A DNA stretch of 63,083 nucleotides, filler included, from Bipalium vagum (GCA_037834085.1; 3 parts of 3 records of this genome joined end to end with filler, not necessarily neighbours in it), one strand, 5' to 3'; counted from the whole stretch's first letter, positions 1-15,900 are shown. Made by a program: numbers and translations. Notes: generated by a model from the sequence alone, not told the origin.

Positions 1-342
1 TATTATTATTATTATTATTATTCTTTTTGTTTTATTTTTGTTTTGTTTTTATTTTTTTTGTAATATTATTTTTTTTATATTTATTTATTTTCTCATTATT
101 AATATTTTTTTTATTCTAAACTATTAATTTTTTTATTATTTTATTTTTTTCAGTATTATGATTATTTAGTATTACAGTATTATTTAGTATTATTATTTTA
201 GTATTAGTATTATTATTTATTTTATGATTTATTATTTTTAATTATTGTTATTGATATTGTTATTTTTATTATAATTATTATATTATATATTAATTATTAT
301 AATATAAATATTATTTTTTTAGAATACGGAAAATTAATCAAC

Positions 343-2969
343 CTGAAGGTTTTGTTATTAAGGATATTCTTGCAGTACTTTGCTCTATATAGAACTCATG
401 TGTTACATATTTGCTGACTTCATTTCTTGTCGAGACTTCGAAATCGTATTCGCGACTTGGGATAATTCCCAAAAGAGTTACTCTGAATTGGAACCATACC
501 ATCAATAAGATTTATCAATTATAATAAGGTACATATAAAGATACTTCAATTTAAAAGTACAGAAAAATAATAATTTAATTATCAAAATAAATGGATCATT
601 TTCAAATTTTAATGGTAAAAAATGAAGATTTTTACTAAATTGAATTGGATCAAATGAACTAAATTGAAATGAAAACAGTCTTTTCATTATTTAATTAAAT
701 ATCACAATATTTTGACATTTTAAAATAGATTCTTTAATGTAATTATTAAAATTAATTACTTATTCAAACAAAATTTTTATATAAGATAAAAGTACACAAT
801 ATGAACTATTAAAAAATTATTCACTCCAATAAAATGATCAGTAAAAAAATAAAAGATAAAAATATTTAAAATTTTTTTACTAAAAGTATTAAATCGAATC
901 TGTTTAAATATTTCTTTTGAGAAATGATTTGCTGTTCGATCCCCGAACATCTCCAAGCAAATGGTTGCCTGTTTCGTATTCAAATATATATATACCCCAA
1001 TTAGCTTGCCAGGCGTCCTTAAAGAATGGAGAAAATACAAATCGAAACGCTCCATTAAGATTCATCTTGGCCATAAAACAATTGATTTTTGAGGAATCAA
1101 AATGTTAAATTATAAAGCCAGCCATATCATGATTCTGATTTGGCAAAAAAATGATTTCTTCATATTTGGTTCCATCAAAAAAATTTTGTGGGCAGCGGTT
1201 TTCATGTCCCAAACAGGCTGTAGAAGTATTCAAATCACATGTTATATGTTACATGTTAAATGTTTCAATGACTTATTTGACAGAATGCCATACTGTATAG
1301 ATTGTGGCGGTGAATATTTCGACAAACAATGATGTTAATTATTATAATAAATATTTGCTTTTAATGTGTAATTATCAAAGCTTTTCCACTGACATGAAAA
1401 TTCATTAATTAATAATAATAGTAACTAAAACGAAAGCTCAATAGTACTTAACAATGACCGTATAACATTTCATCGTCGTCGATCAAATCAAGCAAATTTA
1501 TCTGAACGTGTAAGCCAAAGAGTTAAGCATCCGATCCAAGTAATGATATGGTCTATTATATCTGCGAAAGATGTTGGAAAACCTAATTTTGTGGATGGCA
1601 ACATGAATTCGCAACAGTCCCTGTAAGTGCTCCAGAATGAATTAAGGCCTTAATTACGAATTTGGTTTCATAGTCGTGAACGATTTCAGTTCATGCATGA
1701 TGGAGCAGCTTGTCAGAGAGTTAAGGTAATTCAAAAATATCTCAATGCAAATAAAATACCACTTTTGGACTGACCCGGTAATTCTCCTGACATGAATCCG
1801 ATAGAGAATGTTTGGAAGGCTTTGAAAAATCAGCTCGCTCTAGAAAAAATGACTACGAAATGTGAAATGATCGAGAAAATAAAGTATTTGTGGAATAACA
1901 ACACAAATGTTCAGCAGACACCCATAAATGCTGTCAAAAACATACAATGAAGAGTGCAGCTACTTCTTAAAAATAAGGGAATGTGGACCAAATATTAATT
2001 TCTTTTATGAAATAGATATGTAAAACATTTTTAGTGCTTTAAGTTTAATAAATCATTTAATAATGAATTACGTAAGGAAAATTATTTTAAATTGAATTTA
2101 CGATTAAAAAGCGATTTTTTTTGTTTGAGTCTATTTCAAATACCAGGTACTGTAATATAAGTAAAATTATGTATCGAAATTTTCTCATTCTTAAGATAAT
2201 AATGATAATATTATTATTATTTTGAAGATTAATTGCTGATTTTATTTTTTTTTATTATTATAAATATTATTATTATCACATCATTATTATTTATTTCTAT
2301 TAATACCACATCAAACGTATCATAGAGAGAGATCCAGAGATCATGTAAATGAACCTGGTATTATATATTGGCATTTACAGAATTTTATAATTATATCACA
2401 CTCGAAAACTGCATCGGTTCTTGGAGTAAGGTCTAATTAGTTAATTTGGACGAAAAATTAAACCATGAACCTTAATTATCTGGTTACTGGTACAGATAAT
2501 TAAAATGAAGGATGATCAACGAATATTTAATCAGATTTCATTTACATAATTTCATTTTATATTCAAAAGACAAAAATTACAGAATAAAATAATTATAATT
2601 TTATCATTAATCCTTGAATAAAATTCCGTTTTTAAACCAATGGAACTCTCATGTGATGGAGTATTGTTTAATTTTTTGTTGAGATAAATTGTTTAACTAA
2701 AACAAAAAAATGAAAATTGTAATTACAATTATTATTAAAATGATGATATGTTTATCAAGAGCACTAATAATAATATCTTTTTTCAATATTTATCAATTAA
2801 TTAATAAATAATGTGAATTTAATTATAATTATGATTATTTGAAAAATATAAATCCTTATTTTTTATTTTTCAGAGTTTTCAATTTAAATATAAAATTATA
2901 ATAATGTAAATAAATAATATAATTTTTATGTTATTATTATTATTATTAGTATTTTTATTATTATTATTA

Positions 2970-3020
<51 letters not shown>

Positions 3021-4397
3021 GAAAATTAGGTTACTTGAGTTAATTAATAAAGTTTTTCAATATTTTCCTTCAATTATATCGAACTAATATGATTTTCAAC
3101 AATTTAGATATAAAAAATTAATTAACATTTTATTATAATAATTTAATTTTAAATATATTATTATAATTTTTTTATTCAAATCATTGATTTAAAAATCAAT
3201 AGAAATTTAATAAAAATTTATTTTTATTATTAAAAAATATTTATTTTCTCGTTAGTAAAATAATAACAGTTTTTTATTAATTTATTATTATATTTCTAAA
3301 TTAAATTTGTGAAGTAAATTCCTTTTTTACCGATTTCCGGAAAGATTTTTCGATGGAATATAAACAAGGTTTTTTGGACACTTTTTGCATACAACAGAAT
3401 AAAATGTGCTGTTATCATTTTGATCTTCCGGGAACTCGGAATAAGTCGGAGCATCCCAAGAGAGAATAATTCGGGCTTGGTCAGATGCTTCCAATTGTAT
3501 ATTTCGCGGTTTATCAGGAGGTCCTTCAAAATAAAATCAGTGATAGATAATTTTTGATGATTTTATTTTATTTTTTTTATAGCCACCATTATAATATATC
3601 AATTTATGATTTCTGGAAAAGCCATAGAAATTAATGCCATGGTAACATTTTAATTATTTTCCAAAATTTATTCAATAATTAATTTAAATTTTTGTTTTAG
3701 TGAATAATATTATAATTCATAATTATTCATGTTGTATCTTGCTGTGATAAATATCGACGAAACCTTTTTTCTCTTTACATCAAAAAAGTCTGCTTTAATC
3801 ATACTAATCTCGTAATTCTCTCACCATCTTTTGTTTCATGGAAATCTGTGAAATCTCAGATGGTATTACTTTACACTGTAATTTTAAAGACTTGATTTCT
3901 ACCGGCTTTGGAATCTTTTATCCAAGTTCTTCTTTGAAGTGAGATTTTCAGAGAAACAAAATTATTATCTTCGACATTCCCCACAAATCTTTTTGATCGG
4001 TTTTTTCCTTGATCTGCTGAACAATTACGAATTTGATTTTGACTGTTCACGGATGAATAGTTTTGTTGGAAAAAAATGATGTAGATGAAGATTAATTTCA
4101 TTATGTATCAGTATAGAATATGTGTAAACATATTCATAAATAAATATATGTATATACAAACATTCATAAAATATTGAATTGGAATAACTTAAATTTCCTT
4201 AGTAATATTACTGATCTCTTTCTTATTTGATTCAATAAAAAATAATATAATCAACATTTATCTCATTATTAAAAAGAAAATTTCACAGTTGAATAAGTAC
4301 ATTAAATTAATAAAATAAAATAAATTTATAATAAAATAAATAAATAATAATAATATTAAAAATAATATTATTAATAACAATTAATATAATATAACTA

Positions 4398-4435
<38 letters not shown>

Positions 4436-7400
4436 TTAATAATAATAATAAAAATTTTAAAAATTAATCTTGATTATTTTAAATTATCCTAATTCTTGTA
4501 ATATTTTCGTTTCTAATTTTATTCCACCTGAATATTTTTATATTTATTGATTTAATTAAGATCAAAACGGTCGTAATTCATTTCATATATTTTTGTGTAT
4601 GAATAAATATTACCTTATTATTTATTCTTTAATTGATTAAACCATCTCAACATAAATTATGAGGCCTGTTTTAAACCCACCGGTATGAATATATATGATC
4701 ATTATTATTTTATGATCCGTTAGAAATGATCGATCAAATCAGAGTATATATTAAATATTACACTTATCCATATAGAATATCCTTAATGTGATTAGTCCTG
4801 ACCGTTACGGTTGATATTTTGATGATTCTTTAACATCTGTTATTGGTAATGCTTAGCCTCCTCGGCGACATTTTCATTGTATGGAAAATATGTTTTTTAA
4901 TCAAATGAACAGAAATAGAATGAAAATAATTCATTTTCGCTTATTCCAGTCGGTTGATATCAAGTCTTGTGATATTTATTTTTGAAAAGAAACCTTTTAA
5001 CATTTTTGGTCGTTTAAGGTATTTCGCTTACCTTCTTGTGGTATATGTCAATGGTGACCTTTATTTAGCCTTACCCATTATGGAACTAATAAATATCAAA
5101 TAAATGGATTATTTTCATTGTTGATTTTATTTACTTGCTAACACTAGTTTTAATAATATTACAATAGAAGAAAAAAATAAAAAAGAAGAATTCCTTCTTA
5201 CTTAAAGAATTTTTTAAAAAAAAATATGAAAAGTAGGAGAAAACAATTTATTATTTTGGAAATTTAACACAATTTTAAAATACAATAATATAAAATGGTT
5301 TTTATTATTATTGTTTAAAAATTTATTAAAAATTGAAAAAAGTTACAAAAAAATATAATTATTATTTTTATTGAGAATGTTATAAAAGTAATTCTCGCAA
5401 ATATTATTTTATCTGTTTTTATAATTTTCAAAATAATGGTAAATTTCAAACAAACAAAGTAAAACTACATACATTTATTTATTATTATTGCAAAATTTTG
5501 TGTTCAAAAAATCTTATAAAGAAATTTTAAATTCTAAATAAGATTTTAGCATTATTTTCAAAAATTAATGGGTACATTTTATGTTTAAAATGTATAATTA
5601 TGTTTAAGTACCAATTTATCATTTGTTTAAATATTCAAATGTTAACTGTAACTTTTTGAATTTCAATAAATATTTTTTGCCAATATTGTGATTAAGATGA
5701 CTTTTTCAAAATTTGAGATAAGTGTTGTGTCACTTTTGGAAAAGAAGCTTGAGCACGAGGGTTGCTTACAAGGATATATGCGAGTTTGAAGATTAAGGAG
5801 TTGTTGCTCAGATGACTGCTGCTAAGTGGTTTAAGCGCTTCAATAATGAAGATTTGAACCTTAAAGAAAAGCCACGTTTAAGTCGATCTTCACTGCTAGG
5901 GGATGATGATTTGATTACAGCCTACAAGACAATCATTCTTCGTGTTCAGGCAAAATAGCTCTAAATATTGGTGTACATCAGACTATATAAACAAATGTGT
6001 AATATTGAGCACGAAATTTTGCATAGTATAATTATCAGACAAGTTTATCTCCTTGGTCTTGATATAATCATTATATATATTAAAAGTTGAATATATTTCT
6101 GATAAATAAATAAAAAATAAATAGAAAAATGTGTTCTTATACCAATCTTTATTTTTTACAATTATTTTATTAATCATAATTTTTGATTATGATTATTTTC
6201 ATTTTGATTATTTTGATTAATTTATTTTGATTATTTTCATAAAAAGGCATTAATTAAGGAAAATCTGAAAATATTAAAACAAAAATTGTAAATTATTTTA
6301 AAAATGACTTATTAAATGCAAATTAAATTAATTTAAATGTCCATCTTAGGAAGAGTAGATAATTTTTGCATTTATTTCGATATATTTTCTTTGAAAATTT
6401 GCTTCTTACTTAGAGAGATGGACTTAAAAATGTTGACTTTAAAATTTCATCCCATACATCCTCTTCAGCAGAATGTCTCAACTAATTAGATTATTTTCCA
6501 GAGGAAAAGACAATAAAATGATTGTTGTTTTAATGAATTTTGTAAGATTTAGGCTCAATTGATAATTTCAATGTTAATAAAACTCTAATTTTTCACATAA
6601 ATTATGGAGAAAATATAAATTATATTATTAATATTATATTATAAATATATTAACGATATTATCAAAATTGGAAGTTAAAGATGGTGTCAAATAAATTTGG
6701 GTACAAAATAATTATTTTATCTGTGAATTTTCAGTCATTAAAATTTATCAAATAATGAAAATGTAATGGAAAAAATATTTTTCATTGTATTTTTATTTGG
6801 AAATCAAAATCCTACACTGAGTTCCTTTTCGTAGTTTAACAATTTTTGTAAGTTTCTAAGGGCATATCGGAACTTGAGGTAAAACATACAATCAGAGAAT
6901 ACATTATTGCAATTTTATTGAAAGGTCTTCAAGACAATTAAATAAAATACAACATCCCATAAAGTATACATTGCCTAGCCATCAACGGGCGTCAAATTAT
7001 ATAATTACATATTGTATTTCTTTTTAGAATTCAAATAAAAAAGTATTACCTACTTTATATCTTTATTTATTATTTGTTAAAATATTTAAAATGAAAGTAT
7101 GTTAACATATATAATAAACAGCCTGTATAATTGCCAGGATTCATGAAGGTAGTTCTTATTCAACTTCATGTAAAAAAATTATTTATAGTATTTATTAATT
7201 AAGAAAACCAATTCAGTACAACGTATCAAAAAAATTAAAACGTAAAGCAGTGTATATGAGCAAAGTACTGATGTACCGGCTGTATTAAAACCAAAGAGTT
7301 ATCTCTTTTTTATTTAATCTACATATTTTAAATGTATGTATGCCTCTAGATTTGAAAATTGATTTAATTCGATGTTATCATGGCAATGAAAATCCCGCTA

Positions 7401-9964
7401 AATTAGAAAAATTGAACGCCAAAGACATTTAATATTGGATGCTCCTCGGGTAACGGTTGTCCAAGACCAGTAACATGAAAATTTACTTGATATGGAAAGA
7501 TAAATAAACGAAGAATATTCCGTAATAATACCGAACTGTAATATTATCCTTCTCTCGAAGAATTTAGTTAATGTTATTTGTTGAGAAAATTATTTCGATA
7601 GCATAATTTAGGTAAAACAAGTGTATTCCGCGTACTGCATATCTCATTTGTCATTAATAATATAAATTTTGTCTATATATAAATTTTTTTTTATTCCTAA
7701 TTTATTTTTTTGTGTTTTGATACAATCGTTATAATAAAAGATTGGCAGTGATTTCTACCATATCTTTGAATGTGAAGAAATTGATTTTCTAATTGTGTAT
7801 TTTAAAAGTAATTATTTTTAAAACTAATTTATATTTTCTTTTTAATATGAAATTTTTTATCATTTATTTTAACGAAAATAATTTAATATTTAAGTACATT
7901 TTTCTGTTAATACATCGCGGTTTCCCTTTGATCTATACAATGCAATTTCTGTACATAATTTAGATAATAAAAATTTGCTATTATGGAGTATATCTCAAAT
8001 TTTATGATACCCCATTATCTGTATCATCTATCATCAAATTGGCACAAATAAAGTTTCACAAATCCTATGATTTATCCCAGTTGTTCTTGTCCAACAAGTC
8101 ATATCCATTAAATTTCCAGTCTCTCTATCAATCTCAATAGAATTCTTCTAATACCATTCATCATTTTCATCATTAATCTTAATTAGTTTGACGTGTTTTG
8201 CTTCCGATAGCCAATGTTGAAAAAAGAAAAATAATAATAGTTATATGATTTATTATGCAAAAAGAAAAAAATTTTGAAAAATATGAAGATTGTACGATTT
8301 TTTATTTTTTTATTTCTTCATATTTTTAATTTTTTTTCTTTTTATAAAAAGATTTTTCAAAAATATTATTTTTCTTAAATAGATAGACATTTTAATAATT
8401 TTACTAATTAAATAAATCATGAACAAACAAATATTGCTAGAAAGCTGAAAATTAATTACTCATTTAAACAAATAAAAGCAATTTTTCTGTAAAATCTACG
8501 TTACATTTTACCACAATATTATCGAAATATTTCTGAGACAAATTGTTGGAAAACTATTTTGAAAATTGTCCTAATATCTCCAGCCTATGTGAAACATGAC
8601 TTTCCATAAATATTTGGTAAGAAAAAATAATGTTCATTTTATTACTGTCGAACAATTTATTATTTCTATATTTTATATTTTATAGATTTAACAAAGTATT
8701 TATGGAAAAACTGTAATTCAAATTAACCATAAAATAATCACAACTTTTGCAAGTATAAAAATAAAGATGAAAAATTTATTAAAAAAATATTGCTTAAAAA
8801 GTTGTTAAAAAAAATAATAGTAATAATAATGATTATAATTATTATTATTAATATTAATATTACTTATTAACTAATACAAAATAAAAACTGGAACAATTAT
8901 TATTAATACTGTTAGATAATAATTTAAAGTATTTGTTTAAATAATTGAGTTGTGATAAATATACAGATTCAAAAAAGTACTTTGGTAATATTTATTTAAT
9001 GATTAATTTAGGGGAAGAGTCAATCCAATCTATCAAATATCATTATTAGTAATATTGTTAAAATTATTATATTGTATCGGTTATTTAATAAATGATAAAA
9101 ACAATAATAATAATATTTATCAATAAGTACTTTATATTTTACTATAACTTAATCTTTGCCTGTCTTAACAGATATATATATATATATATATATCTTATTT
9201 GGTTAAATTCTGTAATAATTGTATCGACAAAACCAAATAATACATAACAATAAAATAAATAATATAAATAAATAAATAATGCTGATGCATTTTATTAAAA
9301 AAAAACTAACTTCTGCAGACCAGCTGATTATTGTCATTAGGAATCTGATAATAGCCAGTGTTACAATAGCACTTTGAAGAGCCAGGAGAACTGTGTGAAT
9401 TCTTCGGACACGGAGCACAGGGTTGAGAACCAGAGAGGGGTTTGAAAAAATTTCGAATACATTCTTTAGTCAAAATAAATGATGAGATTAAATTCAATAT
9501 TTCAAAATAATTCCCATTAAATAACCAAAGGATAATCAATGATCTTACTTAGACATAATGTTTTGTTTCGATTGCCTTCCTTTCCAGGCTCACATTCACA
9601 AAAGTGTTGGAAATTGTTCAGTGTCCATTCTCCATTAGGTTGACAATAATTCCAAATAGGTTTATGGTAATTGGAAATTCGTGTACCTCCGGATACGCAC
9701 TGACCCTCAATTCTTGTCGATTTATTTTCTAAGCCCACCGCTGTTCGATTAAAATGGACAAAGTTGATTACTCTGTCATAACATCGGAGAAAGAAAACAG
9801 TGACCTCTTTTATCATCACACAGGACCCTGTATTTTGGAAGGCAATAATAATGCCTTTTCGATTTACTGATATATTTGAATGGTGAATGTTTAGAATGTT
9901 TTCCGTTCTGTCTTTATTGTCCCACTTTCGATTTGGAGAAATCGTTGCAACGGGAAGGAAATGC
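343..9964 (-). CDS. Eph: Eph receptor tyrosine kinase, partial ectodomain; exons 9549-9964, 9311-9463, 3331-3523, 343-482
   Basis: Manual splicing with GT-AG sites and compatible phases gives: end of ligand-binding domain (KGIIIAFQNTGSCVMIKEVTVFFLRC), Cys-rich region (GQCV...CQPNGEW...CECEPG; CAPCPKNSHS..CYCNTGYY), then FN3 (RPPDKPRNIQL...LSWDAP...YSVVCKKC...VTLLGIIPSREYDFEVSTRNEVS). This is the Eph domain order. The gene continues past the window start; 5' exons were not found. Confidence 0.9.
900..1335 (+). mobile_element. decayed mariner transposase, 3' part, in an Eph intron
   Basis: Degenerate SPDLAPxDF-like segment and C-terminal CIDCGGEYFDKQ; frameshifted. Confidence 0.7.
1440..2153 (+). 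mobile_element. Tc1-family transposase remnant
   Basis: VKHPIQVMIWS...FMHDGAAC...PGNSPDMNPIENVW with internal stops; ends ...actgTA. Confidence 0.88.
2925..3016. repeat. (TAT)n microsatellite
   Basis: Direct trinucleotide repeat. Confidence 0.9.
3730..4060 (-). mobile_element. highly decayed mariner N-terminal fragment
   Basis: WIKDSKAGR resembles the WFKRFKSG helix-turn-helix motif; no intact ORF. Confidence 0.4.
5700..5990 (+). mobile_element. mariner N-terminal HTH fragment
   Basis: VVAQMTAAKWFKRFNNEDLNLKEKPRLSRS. Confidence 0.75.
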
Positions 9965-10851
9965 CTTAATTAATAATAANNNNNNNNNNNNNNNNNNNNN
10001 NNNNNNNNNNNNNNNNNNNNNNNNNNNNNNNNNNNNNNNNNNNNNNNNNNNNNNNNNNNNNNNNNNNNNNNNNNNNNNNNNNNNNNNNNNNNNNNNNNNN
10101 NNNNNNNNAATTAAAGAATATATTTTGTATTTATAATATTTATTTGAGTTTGGAAAGTTATGTTAAATACTTACCTTATTTCACATTCTTTTTTATTTAT
10201 TTTAAATTATTTTATTTTGTTTTTTGGTTAAATAAAAATGGTTATATATTAATCATTAACAAATATACAATTAATGACCGGCCACAGTAATAATAGATAA
10301 CTTCACATTTCAAATTGAGGTTTCCTTACCGAAAATAAATCAAAATTTCAAGTGAATAAAAAACGGGTTTTATATGAAAATATGTACGAGAAAACATTAT
10401 AAAACCCATAATCAAATAATTAGGAAATCCCAGAATAGGGAAAATATTCTTTAAAAAAATCTCTGACGTCCTCTATCACCTTCGGACAGATTTCCTTTTA
10501 TCCAACGCTTTGGTTTTGGATTCTGATGTTGATGGACTGTTGAAAGATTTCTGGAGAGGTCTTTTTTTATTGAACTGAAAATGCCAAAAGTGATAAAACA
10601 AAAAATTTCACTGAGATTTCGATAGAAATATTTTCTTTCTTCAGACATTTTTCATATTTAGATTAGTATTTTTTCACAATTTTTTCAGGAAAGAAATCAT
10701 GCAAAAATTTTTATTTTTCAACAAAAACTGACTGATTTTTCATTTTTATTGTATATTTTTCTTAATTAGGGCGTGAAAAATACTAATAATGATAAGCGTT
10801 TTGTTAAATATTTATTAAAATATATTTTTACCTTATAAAATAAGATCAAAT

Positions 10852-12070
10852 TACAGCTTTTTCATTCTTATTGAACATTTTTTTGCATTTTTATTGAATA
10901 CATATTTCAAATTTATTGATCACATTTCATTTTTAAAATACGTTTATAATTAGTATAAATGATAACGAATAATTATCAACATCGGAAAGCACGGAATTAG
11001 TTAGCAGAGAAATGTTAACCGTATTTAAATTTTTATAGGAAACCGAAAATAAGATAAGTGAATGCAACTACTATGTATCTCCAAAAGCACTTATCAACGT
11101 CTTCGTATCAAATATGAAAATGAAATGTAAATGACTTATCCTCGCTTAAAGATTTTGCAGATAAAAAAGGAACAAAGAAGGACAATAATTTACTTAAAGG
11201 AAGAATTTCTCTCATTATTGATTCTTGACCAAGACGATATTACCAGACATATCCAAGAACGTCCACACATTAATGCCAATAATTTTAAAACTATAGAGAA
11301 GATGGGATTTTCGAAGAAAGTTATAACGAAATTTTCTGTAGAGAGGAACTCAAATCAAAAAAAGAAGGTAATGGTCGTGTACTGTAATCCAATCTGCAAT
11401 ATCAGGAATTCTAATCTAATCTTTATTGATGAAACTATGTTCAACTTACATATAACACCTGGATGGGGATATTTACCGATAAAAAATTTTCTAATTCAAA
11501 AAGTAGAATTGTTTCACTTTTATGTGCTATTTCATGCAATAATATAATAGTCTGTTTTAAAAATAGTAGATTACAATTCAAGCTGTCACAGAGTTTATTT
11601 TGGAAAAATTGCCAATTGTTCAACGAGGACAAAAGAAAGTAATTATGATGGAAAATGCGTCCGTCCACTAGAACAATGTAGTTAAAAGATCTTGCCTTAA
11701 CAAAGGGTTTATTTTAAAATTTTTGCCTCCATACTCACCTCAATTGAATCCAATTGAATTGTTTTTTTCAAGCCCTAAATCTAAATATGCAGCAAAACAC
11801 GGCCGAATAATGCACTGGAAATTGTTAGCGGATTCGAAGATAGTTTATCTACCTACACTTCTCCTATGACAGACTTTTATAATCGCATGAGAGAATTTGT
11901 AACAAAGGGAAGATTTTATTTAACATTTTTTATATAAATGCACTTAAATGCAATAAATGTTTTATTATGCATTTTTTCTTTTATATTTTAATACTTGTTT
12001 AATGGAAATGTAATTGGGAAAAGTGTTCAATTAAAATGCAAAATTGGTTCAATAAAAATGAAAAGTACTA
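10852..12070 (+). mobile_element. IS630/Tc1-like DDE transposon, decayed, with imperfect terminal inverted repeats
   Basis: NLIFIDETMFNLH ... IMMENASVH ... KFLPPYSPQLNPIELFF; ends ttttcattcttattgaac..ttttgcatttt and aaaatgcaaaa..gttcaataaaaatgaaaa are inverted copies. Confidence 0.85.
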
Positions 12071-14299
12071 TAATCAATTCATATTTAATTGTTTAAAAAT
12101 AAAATTTCAATAAATCATTATATTTAAATTTAATTCAAAGCCAACTTAATATTTTATCGGTAATCCTTCATTTTACATTATAGCTTGGCGTGCGTTTTGC
12201 GTGGTTCAGTCCTCGGTTATCAAAATGATTGCTGTGGGATTTTCTCTCAATTTCGTAATAAATAAAAATAATTCATCTTCATTTAGGAAACTTCCTTTAC
12301 TGAGAATTAGCTTAGGAAAAAATAGTAAATTTTATAATCCTTAAATTGGGACATTTAAATGTCCACAGTAAAAATGCAATATTTTTCACGTAAATATTTT
12401 GTAAAATGTTCGTGTTTTTTTCATGTTCTACTGCTTATATAATCCTTGGCCAACTCAATTCGTTTCTCTCGTTCTGTAACCAATATTGTTCATCTGTTAT
12501 GTGAAACACAATATACACCTTTGCAACAGTTGTGAGTATTTTGTTGTGAAAATATTATATCTTTTTATTTATTTAATTTTTTAAAATTGTTTAAAATAAT
12601 TTCAAGATAATAATATCTATTATTAGATGAATAAAATAAAACCAGAAATATTTTAAGGTCTCATTTACTTTATATATTTATTGTTAAATTAATTAATCTT
12701 AAGTTAATAAATTATTATTATTTATTATGCAGCACTGATTCAATTTTCATTATATTTTTTAATTTTATATAATTATGTATTTATAAAAATTTAATTAAAA
12801 ATATTTTTTTAATATTATAATGTAATAAAAGAAATTAATTATATTATAATATACAAAAATTATTGCAAAAGATATTATTAATACAATCTACGGAAACACA
12901 TTTGTCTACATCCATAAAATATTGAAACAAAAATATTCAATGTATCATTTTAATTCTTTAAATTAATTATTAAAAAAATAATATGGATTAATATAAAATA
13001 ATTTTTTAAAAAAACAGAGTTAAAAATCCCTGAACAAATTAACTGCCTGTCCGAAAGCTCTCAAAAATTTGGAACAAATTTTAATAATATTCTCATTAAT
13101 TTGACCTGATCATTTATCCCACTTTTTCGTTGTGGTTTTGTTTTAATAAGCGCTGAAATATAATTTTTTTAAGAAAAAAAATCTTTCCATTTCTTAGAAA
13201 AACGGTGAGAGAAAATTAACGAAAAATGTAAAAACTCAAAATTTAAATTCCCAGCCGTTTAATTTGATTCATTAAAAGGAAAATTGATTCAGCCTAATTT
13301 AATTGCAAAATTGCCTTTCTATAATTGCGTAAATAATCTCTCAGATGAGTTTTATGCCCCTCCATATATTGGGTAAGGAGAATTTTACGTTGTTTTCCGC
13401 CCCAAATGTGGTAAATGTTAAAAATTTTGCCATTATTTCACAATGAAAGTTTATCTCTCGTCAGATTTTCCCCTTCGAACGCTCGGACAGCATTTTCGGC
13501 TTTTGTATAGGGGCATTCTTAACGAAAGAAAATCCATAACCCATTGCACTATAAAAGATGAAAAATTTCTTTAAGTAATCATGTAACTATTACAAAGATA
13601 AGGATTTTCAATTAATTAAAAATGAACCAACTAGACATGGAAAACAGCAAATAATTACTATGTCGGACAAAGTCTTCTCAAGAAATAATACGATTTTCCA
13701 TTAACAATTTCAGCAGGAATGAAATAGATTTTATAAAGTAATATACATTATAAATTTAAATATTGATATATTTTACTTACTGTATTTCAGAAAATATAAA
13801 ATAAATAAAATTAGCCTCATAATATAATAATAATAATAATAAAAATAATAATATACAGACATCATTAGAAAAGTAATCATGACACTTAATTTTTAAAGCA
13901 AACTCGTGGCGGTGTCTTTAAAATATTTTTCCTGGGCGTGTCGAATAACAAAATTGAGATCATTGATTTTTTATTTAGATTTTCTTTTACTTAGTTTTAA
14001 TGGATAATCAATATTGGTTTTATATGGGCGTTTAGCTATTGAATATTATGGCAACCTGCGAAATGACCAGAATATTCTTTTTCTTATTCTTTTTCTCAGA
14101 TTATTTCAGAGCGGAAACTTTGTTGCTTTCAGAATATTTTACCGGGTACGAAAATATTTATTATTTCTCCGGTAGAGCAACTAAAATCCAAAACCACAGA
14201 TCTGAGATGATGGAGGTAAAAAACACGAAATCCCACTAACACTTTTAATCTTCAAAATTCTTTTTTGGATGTGAAAAAATTATTTGATAAACTAAAAGG

Positions 14300-15300
14300 G
14301 AAAAGTCCATAAAATGGACTTGCAGGTATTAAATATTAGTGATACCGTTTTGGCTTAACTCGGGTGAATTTTATCAACAGGTATGCGATCTATATAAAAT
14401 GGATAGTTGATGTCAACAGTGTTAGCAGATGGATTCCAATATTTTAGACAAGCCCACAAGAGAACGAGTGGGCTTGTCTAAATCAATATGAGTGATTGAA
14501 ATTCTGAACTTGTTATTAATTTAATCCCTGAAAACCGATGTACCAAGATGATCTAAATGTCTGAAGTGGTTGGAAGTATTCATTCAATAATTGATGAATT
14601 GGGCTTCAAAAATGTATATCTTGCTGAGTTTCAAAATTTTTCAGATATGAAATGAAAGAACAAAGAATAGAGATCTTTGCTGATCTCCTCAATGAATAGA
14701 GATTACGAGAAGATTTCTTTAGAGGTGTCATTATTGGTGGTGAAACATGGCAAAATCAAGAAAGCAATGAATTGTATCACTCTAATTCAAAAATAAAGAA
14801 TAAACTAAAGATTTTAACAGCACGGGAAAATATTATGACGACGTATTTCTGGAACCAAGAAAGCATAAGCTTAATTGATTTTCTGTTAAAGAATGAAACA
14901 ATTAACAAAGAAAAATATTGTCAGACTTTGACAAATCCTTTAAAAGCGATAAAAGACAAAAATCACATTGAAACTGCCATTCAATTACCACACATCATGA
15001 TAATTCACGACCTCGTTCTGCTCAAATGACATCATAAAAAATTGAATGGAATTTACTGCCAGAGCCAGGTTATAATTCGGAGACATTTGTATGAACAGAC
15101 ATTTGATTCAGATGAAACTCTTAAAAATGCTGTAAAACTGTGGTACAAAAGTCAAGATAGACAGCTTAACGAAAACTGTAACGACTTTTACAACACTGAA
15201 GGAAAGGTGGCAGAGATGTGTTGATAAGGAAGGATATATTGTACATGGTAAATATGTAGCTTAAATTTGTACCTTCATTGTAAAATAAAAAAAAATATTT
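14300..15300 (+). mobile_element. decayed mariner
   Basis: FFRGVIIGGETW, IMTTYFWNQESISLIDFLLKNETINKEKYCQTL, TFDSDETLKNAVKLW. Confidence 0.8.
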
Positions 15301-15689
15301 TCCCTTGATTTTTCTGTTTATTTTTTAACAAGCAAAACTGTTTGAACAGAGTGTTAAAGTCCTTAAATATAAAATTAAAATCTTTCCATATCATTCAAAC
15401 AAAAAACATTATGTTGCAAATGTTGATATAAACAAAGCAATTGACATTTTATAATTATCTGTCAGTGATTGATAGAAAAGGAAAATGTAATATTTTTTGT
15501 ATATTTCAACTGTTATATTATATTTAAAACTCTTTACTAGTATTAATGCTACTACTATTTTGTTACTAATACTACAAGGACATAATAATAAAAATATTAT
15601 TATTATTAAATATTATTGTTTAATATTATCATGTAAGGTTATTGTGACATGTTATTATGCACTGTTATTATCTAATATTACTATTTAAT

Positions 15690-15900
15690 ATTGTCATATG
15701 TTATTATTATTTAATATTATTATTCAATGTTATTATTTAATATTATTATTTAATATTATTAATCAATATTATTATTTAATATTACTACTCAATATTATTA
15801 TTTAATATTATTATTCAGTGTTATTATTTGATATTATTATTTAATATTATTACTCAATATTATTATTATTAATCATTATTGTTGTTATTATTATTATAAT
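15690..15900. repeat. AT-rich degenerate minisatellite (aatattattatt-like units)
   Basis: Repeated ttaatattattatt / tcaatattattatt units. Confidence 0.65.
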